In this document: positions 12,471 through 24,509 of the stretch, in pieces | Layout of the letters: each line of letters begins with the position of its first letter | How positions within the stretch are numbered: position 1 is the stretch's first letter | Origin: Octopus sinensis | Lineage: Eukaryota | Assembly: GCF_006345805.1 (NCBI RefSeq) | Contig: NC_043022.1 | Coordinates: 15,624,001-15,688,000 of the forward strand | DNA length: 64,000 nt | Direction of reading: 5' to 3' | Program-made: the position numbers and the translations under genes | Notes under the pieces: generated by a model | Databases searched by the model: none | What the model was told of the DNA's origin: nothing | What the model saw: the letters and a program-made list of their open reading frames with translations, nothing else

Positions 12471-12813
12471 AGAGAATATACACACACACATATATTGTCA
12501 ACAGATGATATTGAGTCTCAGTAGTAGCGATCAATCTGATCTTTTACAGCCATTCTTTACCCCATGGAATTGATCTCCTGTGAAGACATCGGAATCTAAA
12601 TTTGAATCATTTCAGCGCTACTAAGTGTCTTTATATATATATATATATATATATCGAAAACAGGCATTGAGTCGAACCAGGGGCATCCGATGAAGGGGAA
12701 TTTTCCTTGTATTGTTTGTCCTGTACTCTGTTTTTTCGTTGTTAAAAAAAGTCCGTTTCCTTGTTTGATTTTATGTTTTCGTTTCTCGTTGTGTTCTACG
12801 TTTATTTGTGGTG

Positions 12814-12846
<33 letters not shown>

Positions 12847-12949
12847 TGTATATATACATGTAGATGTAAGTATGTACATATATGTATGTATATATGCATA
12901 TATTTTATTTATTTATTATATTGTTATATATATATGTATATATATTTAA

Positions 12950-13056
12950 AGGGCTAAAAAACCACTATGTTCCAGAGAACATTCTTTTCTTTGTAGTTTC
13001 ATCGTAGGTGATCTACTTCTAGCATATGGCTGACCACATAGTGGTTTTTTAGCCCT
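12950..13056. mobile_element. 107-bp MITE with TTAA TSD and AGGG...CCCT ends (Kolobok-like)
   Basis: Perfect 30-bp inverted repeat 12941-12970 / 13036-13065: ttaa|agggctaaaaaaccactatgt...acatagtggttttttagccct|ttaa. Confidence 0.7.
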
Positions 13057-14565
13057 TTAAATATACACATGTATTAGAATTTTCTCTGATTTTTGTATGC
13101 TAGGCTACTGGTTTTAAATTGATATTAATTAAATTAATATTCAGTTTATCACCCTCATTATTTAAATGTTATATATATATATATACATACATAAATTCCT
13201 TGTCATATTGCGGTATATTATTTAAGCTTGCATCGATTCCTCCGTGGTGTAGTTTTGCATATATAATAAAATATATCCAAATTATAAAAATAATAATAAA
13301 AAATATACAGTATAGGCGCAGGAGTGGCTGTGTGGTAAGTATTCATGTCCCAGCATGGCCACACTGACTGAAACAGAGAAAAAAAAAACAAAAACACTGT
13401 AGACTTCATTCTTTGATCTTATAAGACACGGTTCCACATGATTGGTCAGCAGAGGGTCAACTCCAATCCACCAGGCTTTGGACCAAGAATATTCCGGTCA
13501 TAATCATCTTACCATTTTTCTTTTGTTTCTTCTTTTTTTTTTTCCAGGCAGTGTTTGGTAAGGATGGATCCCGTTTGACAGCCACACTACTTGAGACCAG
13601 CAAGTTTACGGATATAAACTCAATGACTTTAATAAGGTTTGATCTCAAGATCAGTAATTTAACCCCATTAGCATTCTAATTACTCTCTCAAACGTAATGC
13701 ATATTTATTTTGATTTAAGAAAAAAAATTTATCCTACATTATCACGTAGCTTTGAGATTTCAATGATGTGATGGTTTATGGTTAGAAGGACATTGTAGGG
13801 TAAGTGCGAGAGGTCAGATATGGTTAGTTTGAACATAGAATGGGTAGAATATTTGGACTGGACATGGCTTAATCCTTTAGCATTGAGATTACTCTGTCAA
13901 ATGTAATCCTTACTTATCCACAATGTTTTGAATTAATCGTGCATTCTCTCAGAGTTGCTTCCCAACCACAAGGCTCTGGGTTCAGTCCCACTGCCAGGCA
14001 CTACTACAACAGCTCGGGCTGACCAAAGCCTTGCAAGTGGATTTGGTAGATGGAAACCGAAAGATGCCTGTTGCATGTGTTTGTGTGCGTGTATGTGTTT
14101 GTCCCCAATCACTGCTACACAACCAGTGTTGGTGTGTTTACATCCCTGTAACTTAGTTGTTCAGCAAAAGAGACTGATAGAATAAGTATCAGGCTTAAAA
14201 AAAAAGATACAGGGGTCAATTCATTTGACTAATAATTCTTCAAGGCAGTGCCCCAGCATGGCCACAGTCTAATGACTGGGATAAAAGATAGTAACGGCTT
14301 TAATAACCCTATCCACCCCACTCGTTTTTATTGTTTGCAGGGTCTGGACGAAGGAGGGGGGTATACCACCGATCTTTGCAGGACTCCACTCCCAGACCCG
14401 TGAGGTCGATGCCATTAATGTTCCACTTAAACTGTAGCAGGTCAACACCCAAGGGAAATACTTCAGCAAGGGAGAGATTCCAGTGGGACATCATAGGGTG
14501 GGGAAGCAAGGATTGGGATTTAATGGTCAATAAAACACGGGGTGGGTGGGGTTTTGAAGGAGGCT

Positions 14566-14850
14566 GTGGAGGCACATGGCCTAGTGGTTAGAACAGTGGA
14601 CTCACAGTCGAGGGATCGCAGGTTCGAATCTCAGACCGGGCGATGTGTATGTTTATGAGTGAAACACCTAAGCTCCACGCGGTTCCGGCAGAAGGTAATG
14701 GCAAAACTTCTGCTGACTCTTTCGCCACAACTTTCTCTCTCTCTTTCCTCCTGCATCTTGCAGCTCACCTGTGACGGACCGGTGTCCCGTCCAGGTGGGG
14801 AACCTATACACCAAGGAAACTGGGAAACCGGCCTTATGAGCCAAACATTG
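14566..14850 (+). mobile_element. SINE family D with V-domain-like 3' segment
   Basis: tRNA-like head (tggcctagtggttag, ggttcgaatctc), then gacggaccggtgtcccgtccagg...gggaaaccggccttatgagcc. Confidence 0.7.
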
Positions 14851-15016
14851 AAGGAGGCAAAGGTGGGTGAGAGATGAAACACTGTTAGGAATGCCTGAGT
14901 AGTAGTGGCATGACCATGAACACAAGCCAGCTGCAAAAGAGCAGAGACCATTGTTGTAGTGGTGGACATAGTGAAGAGAGGAGACACAGGCTGGAACATG
15001 TCTGTGACTTTGTCTC

Positions 15017-15411
15017 AGGCGCAGGAGTGGCTGTGTGGTAAGTAGCTTGTTTACCAACCACATGGTTCCGGGTTCAGTCCCACTGCGTGGCACCTTGGGC
15101 AAGTGTCTTCTACTATAGCCTCGGGCCGACCAAAGCCTTGTGAGTGGATTTGGTAGACGGAAACTGAAAGAATCCCGTCATATATATGTATATATGTGTG
15201 TGTGTGTTTGTGTGTCTGTCCCCCTAGCATTGCTTGACAACCGATGCTGGTGTGTTTATGTCCCCGTTACTTAGCGGTTCGGCAAAAGAGACCGATAGAA
15301 TAAGTACTGAGCTTACAATAGAATAAGTCCCGGGGTCGAGTTGCTCGATTAAAAGCGGTGCTCCAGCATGGCCGCAGTCAAATAACTGAAACAAGTAAAA
15401 GAGTAAAGAGT
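15017..15411 (+). mobile_element. SINE family A, full length
   Basis: Matches other SINE-A copies. Confidence 0.9.
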
Positions 15412-15659
15412 AATCAACTAACTGGTCTTCCTCCTGATGCAGCTTAGAATGTGAGTAGAACAGCAACACTCCATTGTGGCCCTCACCTCAGAGTATCAGT
15501 AATTGTCTAGGGATGAACTAACTTTTAACCCCAAGATTCTGGGTTCAATCCCAGGCAGTGAATTGGATAAATAATGATAACAACATCAACAAAAAAAAAA
15601 CCCTATGAATGAGAACGATGTACCCCATTAGTCAAATAAAGGGTTGGGTTTGAAATTCG

Positions 15660-15703
15660 ATACCTGATGAAAGCTGGAGAGTACACCAGCTGAAAAATTG
15701 TGG
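15660..15703 (+). ncRNA. Degenerate hammerhead-ribozyme-like core in a dispersed repeat
   Basis: CTGATGA(15664-70)-a-agctgg/ccagct stem II-GAAA(15692-95); stem III palindrome lost (aa instead of cg). Confidence 0.45.
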
Positions 15704-15783
15704 TGACCACAAACAAGGCGAGGACACCTATCCATCCATTGTAAATAACGTGCATCATCAAAACCTCAAAGCTACGAGATAAT

Positions 15784-16052
15784 CATCATCATCATCGTTT
15801 AACATCCGTTCACCATGCTAGCATGGGTTTGATGGTTCAACCGAGATCTGGGAAGCCAGGAGGCTGCACCAGGCTCCAGTCTGATCTGGCAGTGTTTCTA
15901 CAGCTGGATGCCCTTCCTAATGCCAACCACTCCGTGAGTGTAGTGGGTGCTTTTTACGTGCCACCTGCACAGGTGCCAGGCGAGGCTGACAACGGCCACG
16001 ATTCGGATGGTGCTTTTTACGTGCCACCGACACGGAAGCCAGTCAAGGCTTA

Positions 16053-16085
<33 letters not shown>

Positions 16086-16210
16086 GTATGTATGTGTGTG
16101 TATATGTTTGTGTGTCTGTGTTTGTCCTGCCTACCATCACTTGACAGCCGATGCTGGTGTGTTTGTGTCCCCGTAACTTAGCGGTTCAGCAAAAGAGACC
16201 AATGGGAATA
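15784..16210. mobile_element. Antisense SINE-C (15784-16048) joined through (TA)n to a SINE-A 3' half
   Basis: Direct similarity to both families. Confidence 0.8.
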
Positions 16211-16317
16211 AATAAGGATTAGTTTTGACAAAGGAGTAAACTGAATGCTAAAGGGTCATACATTTATATTTAAACCAAAATCAAAATCGATCAATATGAA
16301 TGGAAATTGTCGCTGTG

Positions 16318-16878
16318 ATACCAGTGCTGGTGGCACATAAGAGAACCATCCGAACGTGGCCGTTGCCAGCGCTGCCCCGACTGGCTTCCGTGCCGGCGGC
16401 ACGTAAAAAGCAGCATCCGATCGTGGCCGTTTGCCAGCCTCGCCTGGCACCTGTGCCGGTGGCATGTAGGGAGGACCTTTAGACCGTGGCTGTTTGCCAG
16501 CCTCGCCTGGCACCTGTGCCAGTGGCATGTAAAAAGCACCATCCGACCGTGGCCGTTTGCCAGCCTCGCCTGGCACGTAAAAAGCACCATCCGACCGTGA
16601 CCGTTTGCCAGCCTCACCTGACCTCTGTGCCGGTGGCACGTAAAAAGCACCATCCGACCATGGCCGTTTGCCAGCTTCGTCTGGCACCTGTGCAGGTGGC
16701 ACGTAAAAAGCACCCACTACACTTATGGAGTGGTTGGCGTTAGGAAGGGCATCCGGCTGTAGAAACACTGCCAGATCAGACTGGAGCCCGCTGCAGCCTC
16801 CTGGCTTCCCAGACCCCAGTTGCACCGTCCAACCCATGCCAGCATGGAAAGCGGACGCTAAACGATGATGATGATGAT
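16318..16878 (+). mobile_element. SINE family C with ~7 internal tandem ~60-bp units
   Basis: Unit ctggcacctgtgccggtggcacgtaaaaagcaccatccgaccgtggccgtttgccagcctcgc repeated over 16340-16715. Confidence 0.85.
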
Positions 16879-17557
16879 AATTCAAAACAATGGGAACACA
16901 CAAGTGTTACGTTTTGAGAGAGTAATCTGAATGCTAAGGAGTTGAAACAATGTAATTTCCTTCCATGGCCGCTCCTGGAATGACGTCATTAATTGGCATT
17001 TTCTGCAAATCATAATTATCATGGCATACTTGAGCAAAAGATAAACTGATATTTAAAACCACTTCCCACAATTAATGAGAACAAAATCCCGACTGCAGCC
17101 CCTTCTTTCATACTTCAACCTGCATCTCCTCCTAGCATTAACCAAACCCCATTCCACTTGGGTTTCAATAGTGTTGGTGGCATTAGGAAGGGCCTCCAGC
17201 TGTAAGGACCATATCAAAGCTGACACAGAAGCGCAGTGGCAGTCCTTGGCCCAGTATGGAACGTGGACATTAAATGAGCAGCCAAGTACAAGTTCTGGCT
17301 CGTGGTCTGTGACTACGATTGCTTGATTCTGATTCAAGCCAATGTTCTAAAATTTGGTTCCCCTCTCTCTATGTTCCGTTCAGGTGTGGGTTGGGCATTT
17401 TCGCAAAGATCCAATGGGGTCAAGGATTGCATTGTAGTCCAGTGACAGCTTTGGCATGTTTCCTAAGGCTGGAATCTCTTCCTAATGCCAACCACTTCAC
17501 AATAAGCACTGGATGCCTTTTTCTTTTTATTTTTGTGCCACTGACACTATTGAGGTA

Positions 17558-17979
17558 ACAGTCGAACCAATTCTACTCTATGGCTCAGAAACCTGGACAT
17601 TATCAAAGAAGCTTGAGAGGTGGTTGGATGGAACCTACACTCGCCTCCTTATGAGAGCTCAAAATCTCTCGTGGAAGCGCCATCCAATCAAAAGGCAAAT
17701 ATATGGGAAACTACCACCTGTGTCATCTCTTGTGAAAGGTAGGAGAGTCCAGTTTGCTGGACATTGTTGTAGAGCTGAAAAAGAGGTAATTTCTACTCTT
17801 CTCCTCTGGAAGCCATCTACTCGCAATACCAGAGGGCGCACACTCTCCTACCCTGATGTAATCTCCAGGGATACAGGCATCCAGCAACAGGACCTCTGTA
17901 ATGCCATGATGGACCGTGAAGTCTGGCGTAGTATGGTAAATTCCATTGTCTCGACCATGGTCGAACAATGATGATGATG
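17558..17979 (+). mobile_element. 3' end of an RTE-clade LINE (RT C-terminal region) with (ATG)n tail, copy 1
   Basis: VEPILLYGSETWTLSKKLERWLDGTYTRLLMRAQNLSW...RRVQFAGHC...DREVWR, stop at 17971 running into tgatgatg. Confidence 0.85.
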
Positions 17980-18088
17980 TGTGTGTGTGTGTGAGAGAGA
18001 GAGAGTCGGGTGGAGGGTTACTTTCTGCACATGTGATAAAAAATTAGTGCACAAATGTGTGTATTTATGTGTGTGTTTGTGTGTATGT

Positions 18089-18498
18089 ATCTTCAAAGCC
18101 ACAGTCGAACCAATTCTACTATATGGCTCAGAAACCTGGACGTTATCAAAGAAGCTTGAGAGGCCTCCTTATGAAAGTTCAAAATCTCTCGTGGAAGCGC
18201 CATCCAAACAAAATGCAAATATATGGGAAACTACCACCTGTGTCATCTCTTGTGAAAGATAAGAGAGTCCAGTTTGCTGGACGTGGTTGTAAAGCTGAAA
18301 AAGAGGTCATTTCTACTATTCTCCTCTGGAAGCCATCTACTTGCAATACCAGAGGGCGCACACTCTCCTACCCTGATGTAATCTCCAGGGATACAGGCAT
18401 CCAGCAACAGGACCTCTGTAATGCCATGATGGACCGTGAAGTCTGGCGTAGCATGGTAAATTCCATTGTCTCGACCACAGTCGAACAATGATGATGAT
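18089..18498 (+). mobile_element. 3' end of the same RTE LINE, copy 2 (23-nt frameshifting deletion)
   Basis: Near-identical to 17558-17979 but lacks tggttggatggaacctacactcg. Confidence 0.85.
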
Positions 18499-19177
18499 TG
18501 AGGAAACCAAGTAACTCACATGTCAACAGTCTCCGGGGGGCAGGGGGAGAGATGTTGCCTGTCTATGCTGGATAGGGGTTAACGCATGAAGGAAGACGCT
18601 GGAGAGGAACAGGTTCTTGTTGTAAAGGGACTACATGGCTACTCCCATTTAGGAGCAAGAGAGAATGAATTAGGAATATCTCCAAGGAGATAGGGAGCAC
18701 ATTAGTGAGAGTGAGGATTGCAAGGGTGGATGAGGGGAAAAAAGATTGAGAAGCGGGTGCAGGAGTTAGGGAGGCTACAGATATATACACAGAGTTTTGC
18801 CGCACCCAGAACCAGCCCCGAGTTGGAGCAACAGTTTAAATTGGATTTAGTATTTACACATCTAGTTTCCTATTGATACTTGATACCTTCATGGTTGTTT
18901 TAGCTCACTGTGAACCCTATCTTATTGTACCTAGCCATTTCTGGCATCCTACTTGTTGATGTGCCTTGATTCTATTGAATCCCCTCTCCCTCTCTCTCTA
19001 TTTATACACACACACACACACACATCTAGTAAATCCACTCACAAGGATTTTGTCAGCCTGGGGCTATAATAGAAGACACTTACCCAAGGAGACATACAGT
19101 GAGATTGAACCTGGATCCTTGTGGTCGGAAAGCAAACTGCTTAAGTACACTCCATGCCTGACAGAAGATATTAGCTA

Positions 19178-19349
19178 AGGCACAGGAATGGCTGTGTGGT
19201 AAGTAGCTTTCTAACCAACCACATGGTTCCGGGTTCAGTCCCACTGCGTGGCATCTTGGGCAAGTGTCTTCTGCTATAGCCCCGGGCCGACCAATGCCTT
19301 GTGAGTGGATTTGGTAGATGGAAACTGAAAGAAGCCTGTCGTATATATG

Positions 19350-19380
<31 letters not shown>

Positions 19381-19588
19381 TTGTGTGTCTGTGTTTGTCC
19401 CCCTAGCATTGCTTGACAACCGATGCTGGTGTGTTTACGTCCCCGTCACTTAGCGGTTCGGCAAAAGAGACCGATAGAATAAGTACTGGGCTTACAAAGA
19501 ATAAGTCCCGGGGTCGATTTGCTCGACTAAAGGCGGTGCTCCAGCATGGCCGCAGTCAAATGACTGAAACAAGTAAAAGAGTAAAAGA
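19178..19588 (+). mobile_element. SINE family A, full length
   Basis: Matches other SINE-A copies. Confidence 0.9.
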
Positions 19589-19717
19589 GAGAGAGAGAGT
19601 AAGAGTGCAAAAACAAAGAACTGTGTGTGTGTGTGTGGTGGGGGGGGATCAGATTTTAGAGCGTTGTCTTGAATAAAAATCGAGCCACGATAGCCATGGG
19701 CCACAAGAAAGAACCTC

Positions 19718-19873
19718 AGACATGGCTTTGTGGTAAGAAGCTTGCTTCCCAACCACATGGTTCTGAGTTCAGTCCCACTGCATGGCACCTTGGGCAAGTG
19801 TCTTCTACTATAGCCTCGGCCGAACAAAGCCTTGTGAATGGATCTGGTAGATGGAGACTGAAAGAAGCCTGTC

Positions 19874-19919
<46 letters not shown>

Positions 19920-20120
19920 GTATGTATGTATGTGTGTGTATATATTTGTGTGTCTGTGTTTGTCCTGCCCACCATCGCTTGACAGCTGATGCTGGTGTGT
20001 TTGTGTCCCCGTAACTTAGCGGTTCGGCAAAAGAGACCGATAAAATAAGTACTAGGCTTACAAGGAATAAGTCCTGGGGTTGATTTGCTCGACTAAAGGC
20101 GGTGCTCCAGTGACTGAAAC
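19718..20120 (+). mobile_element. SINE family A
   Basis: Matches other SINE-A copies, small deletion in tail. Confidence 0.85.
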
Positions 20121-20775
20121 TCATGATGAGCTGCTTTCTTCATTCAGTTGTTGGACTGTGAACCCCAGCATGGCTGGAACCTAATGGATGAAACAAGATC
20201 CCTGTCCTTTCCTTGTGAGTATGCCAGGCACTTTGCCACCATCTCTATCCTGCACTTCCCTCAAGTTGGGTAACCACGTATCTCCTTTGCGGCAGCACAC
20301 CTGTTGCTGTCCTCATTCTTGATCTCTCTCTCTCTTTCTCTCCAGCCAGGTAACCATGTATCTCTTCTACAGCAAGACACCTATTTCCGTCTCTCTGTCA
20401 CACTCTAACCTTTCATCATCCGACACAAGATCACTTCCTCCAATGTTCCCCTCCCCTCTAAAAAGATTTTTGTCTTGCAAGTTACCTGGTGACCCTCCCA
20501 GGGCAGGTGCCACTTAAAAAGCACCCAGTCGACACTGTAAAGTGGTTGGCATTTGGAAGGGCATCCAGCGGTAAAAACCTCACCAAAACTGATTCTGACT
20601 GTGCTCGTGTTTTGTAAAAAGCACTCATTAATCCACTCTGCTAGGTGGTTGGCATTATAGGAAGGGCATCCATCTGTAAAAACCCTGCAAAAACAGACAC
20701 AGAAGCTTGGTGCAGGCTTCTGTCAAACCACTCCACCCATGCCAGCATGGAAGGCAGATGTTAAATAATGATGGC

Positions 20776-21548
20776 AGCAGTGGCTGTGTGGTAAGTAGCT
20801 TGCTAACCAACCACATGGTTCCGGGTTCAGTCCCACTGCGTGGCATCTTGGGCAATTGTCTTCTGCTATAGCCCCGGGCCGACCAATGCCTTGTGAGTGG
20901 ATTTGGTAGACGGAAACTGAAAGAAGCCTGTCGTATATATGTATATATATATGTGTGTCTGTATGTTTGTGTGTCTGTGTTTGTCCCACTAGCATTGCTT
21001 GACAACCGATGCTGGTGTGTTTACGTCCCCATCACTTAGCGGTTTGGCAAGAGACCGATAGAATAAGTACTGGGCTTACAAAGAATAAGTCCCGGGGTCG
21101 ATTTGCTCGATTAAAGGCGGTGCTCCAGCATGGCCACAGTCAAATGACTGAAACAAGTAAAAGAGAATATGTATATGTAGATGCAGGAGTGGCTGTGTGG
21201 TAAGAAGCTTGCTTCCCAACCACATGGTTTTGGGTTCAGTCCCACTGCATGGCACCTTGGGTAAGTGTCTTCTACTACAGCCTCGGGCCAACCAAAGCCT
21301 TGTGAGTGGATTTGGGAGACGGAAACTGAAAGAAGCCTATCATGCATGTATATATATGTGTATATGTTTGTGTGTCAGTGTTTGTCCCCCCATCATCACT
21401 TGACAACTGATGTCGTGTTTACATCTCCCGTAACTTAGCGATAGAATAAGTACTAGGCTTACAAAGAATAAGTCCTGGGGTCGATTTGTTTGACTAAAAG
21501 CGGTGCTCCAGCATGACCACAGTCAAATGACTGAAACAAGTAAAAGAA
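20776..21548 (+). mobile_element. Two head-to-tail SINE family A copies (20776-21166, 21182-21548)
   Basis: Both match SINE-A; an antisense 5' half follows at ~21628-21795. Confidence 0.85.
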
Positions 21549-21570
21549 TACAGATGCACACACACACACA

Positions 21571-21621
<51 letters not shown>

Positions 21622-23264
21622 ATAGGACAGAATGGGCTTCCTTCAGTTTCTGCCAACCAAATCCAACTACAAACCTTTGTTTCACTCAGGGCTACAGTAA
21701 AAGACACTCGTCCGAGTTTCTCCACAGTGGGACTGAACTCAAGACCACAAACTTAGGAACCATGCTTCTTTAACCACACAGCCACACCTGTGCCTATATC
21801 TAAAGCAAAAAACAAAAAAAAACAAAACAGAAAAAGGGTCATGATTGAACTATATGATCACGGCTCACCTGGAACTAATCAACAAATAATCTATCACACA
21901 TAGATTATCAAGACAAAATGCAGGTAAACACAGGTGTGTCTCAACCCACAACTAGTCATACAGGTGTTGTAGTTGTTAAAGGTCAGGTTACAGGTGAAAC
22001 AACAAGTGTAAATGTAGGGTCTTGGAGAAAGAATGACCTACTGATTAAAGCAGTGTTACACAAACCCATTTTTATCTGTGGACCCCTTTTGGTTCCTATT
22101 TTACTCTTCTGGACCCTAATGGCCATTCAATGTTTAAAGAACCCTATAATTATATTATTATGAATGGCATGGAAAAAATAAAAAAGATATTTTGTGAAGT
22201 TAAGAAGTGTAAACAATTTGAAAGGAGCCCCTTTGGTCAAGAATGACCATGGGATTGCCCCTAGAAAGTTCCCCTCCTGGCACAAGTCCAGGCAAGGTTG
22301 TTTATGGAAGAGCAGCAGTCACCCATGCATGCCAACCTCCTCCCTTCACACCACCAATGCTATCCAAGGGAATGGCAAAGGGGCCGATACAGCTTGGCAC
22401 CAGTGATGTCACAACTCTTTTCTACAGCTGAGTGAACTGGAGCAACATGAAAATAAAGTGTCTTGCTCAAGAACACAACACACAGCCCACACCAGGAATT
22501 GAACTCACTACCTCATGATTGTGAGCCCGATGTTCTAACCACTGAGCCATGTGCCCTCTTTAAACAACAAAATCTTATGTGGACCCGAAGGGGTTCATAT
22601 GGACCCCGGTTAAGAACCCCTGGTCTAATATGTTCTTGTTGAAAGTGTCTGGGATTTGAGGAAAGTTTGGCTGAATCCTGAAAGGTTAATCCAAGCAAAC
22701 TCAACGGGTCAGACCTATGTTGGAAAGCACTCCATCTGTGACCCTCACTACAGTTTTAATGTCTGATATTGTACATGAAGTACTTGGAACTGACACTATC
22801 TCAGTCACAACAAAGAGTGTTCAAGCTGGTCTGATCAACAGAACAGCCTGCTTGTAAAATTAAGCATGCATGTGGCCGAGTGCTCCACAGATACATATAC
22901 CCTTAACATAGTTCTCGGGGAGATTCAGTGACAAGGCTAGCCCTTTGAATTAAGGTATGACTCATTTATGCTAGCTGAACAGAGCAATGGGAAATAAAGT
23001 ACCTTGCTCAAGGACAGAAGGCACCATGGGGTATTGAACTCACAGCCTTACAGCTGTGAGATAAATACTTAATCACATCAAGAACTATATCGTTCTAAAC
23101 AGCCATCTATGAAGATGATGGAACGGCATTTGGAGATCTTTGGCTGCTAATTCTAGCAGGTCAAATAATAATATGGAGCAACCACAGGTGAACTGCAGCT
23201 CATGGGGCTTTCAGAATGGCAAACCTAATGAAAATTTACCGTGAAGTTTTTTAGCCGGGTGGTC

Positions 23265-23470
23265 CACCTGTTGAGCTATGTCTCATGTGACCCACCTGTT
23301 GAGCTACATCTCATGTGACCCACCTGTTGAGTTACATCTCATGTGGCCCACCTGTTGAAGAGCTATGTCTCATGTGACCCACCTGTTGAAGAGCTACATC
23401 TCATGTGGCCCACCTGTTGAAGAGCTACGTCTCATGTGAACCACCTGTTGAAGAGCTATGTGTCATGTTG
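23265..23470. repeat. Minisatellite: three 28-bp then four 31-bp units, each with CACCTGTTG and (six of seven) CATGTG
   Basis: cacctgttg(aag)agcta(tg/ca)tctcatgtg(a/g)cc starting at 23265, 23293, 23321, 23349, 23380, 23411, 23442. Confidence 0.95.
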
Positions 23471-23766
23471 CTCACTTCTTGACAAGGCGTTGCCCATGCC
23501 TGATCTAGAGGTTCCTTTGATGGTTCAAAGCCACAGTGTTTGGATCCTCGAGTAAAACTGACAAACATATAGGGTCAAGAGAGAAAGTACACACAATTTA
23601 AAAAAAAAAGGGTCTGGCTGCTAATTCTAGCTGATCAAGTAATTATATAAAAGCCTCCTTCATTCACGCAGAGACAGTGTTTGCAAGGTCATTGGATCTG
23701 TTGGTAAAACAGACAATATATAATGATTTCAAATTTTGGCACAAAGCCAGCAGTTTAGGAGATGGT

Positions 23767-23945
23767 AGGGCCAGTCAATTACATTGACCCAAGTGTGTAA
23801 CTGGTACTTATTTTATCGACCCTGCCAAAATGATGAAAAGCAAAGTCGACCTCAGCAGAATTTGAACTCAGAACATAAAGATGGGCAAAACGAGCTAAGC
23901 TTCTTCGCCTGGCATGCTAACGATTCTGCCGGCTCGTTACCTTAA
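23767..23945 (-). mobile_element. SINE family B (diverged)
   Basis: Reverse complement of the SINE-B head and body. Confidence 0.75.
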
Positions 23946-24104
23946 AACTGACAGTACATAATGAGCAGAAACAAGTAGGCAGAATTAAGGGACATTTTGT
24001 TGCTAGCTGGTCAAGTAACTACATGAAAGTCCCTAAGATGTTAGCAGGGTGTTGGATCCACAGGTAAAATTGACAAATATAGGATCAAAAGAGAAAGTAT
24101 GCAG

Positions 24105-24509
24105 AGGCGCAGGAGTGGCTGTGTGGTAAGTAGCTTGCTTACCAACCGCATGGTTCTGGGTTCAGTCCCACTGCGTGGCATCTTGGGCAAGTGTCTTCTA
24201 CTATAGCCCCGGGCCAACCAAAGCCTTGTGAGTGGATTTGGTAGACGGAAACTGAAAGAAGCCCATCGTATATATGTATATATATATATGCGTGCGTGTG
24301 TTTGTGTGTCTGTGTTTGTCCCCCTAGCATTGCTTGACAACCGATGCTGGTGTGTTTACGTCGCCGTCACTTAGCGGTTCGGCAAAAGAGACCGATAGAA
24401 TAAGTACTGGGCTTACAAAAGAATAAGTCCCGGGGTCGAGTTGCTCGATTAAAGGCGGTGCTCCAGCATGGCCGCAGTCAAATGACTGAAACAAGTAAAA
24501 GATAAAAGA
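24105..24509 (+). mobile_element. SINE family A, full length
   Basis: Close to the in-window consensus. Confidence 0.9.

Noticed and set aside
12680-12715. ccgatgaaggggaattttcc hammerhead-like start
   Set aside because: No GAAA after the putative stem II and U4 is altered.
16340-16715. CRISPR-like repeat/spacer appearance (also 2270-2530, 4177-5372, 23265-23470)
   Set aside because: Spacers are near-identical within each array, there are no cas genes, and the context is eukaryotic; these are tandem repeats.
21926-21997. Cluster of CAGGTR motifs and 81-aa ORF MQVNTG...
   Set aside because: Short motifs in unique sequence with no spacing pattern or homology; insufficient evidence.
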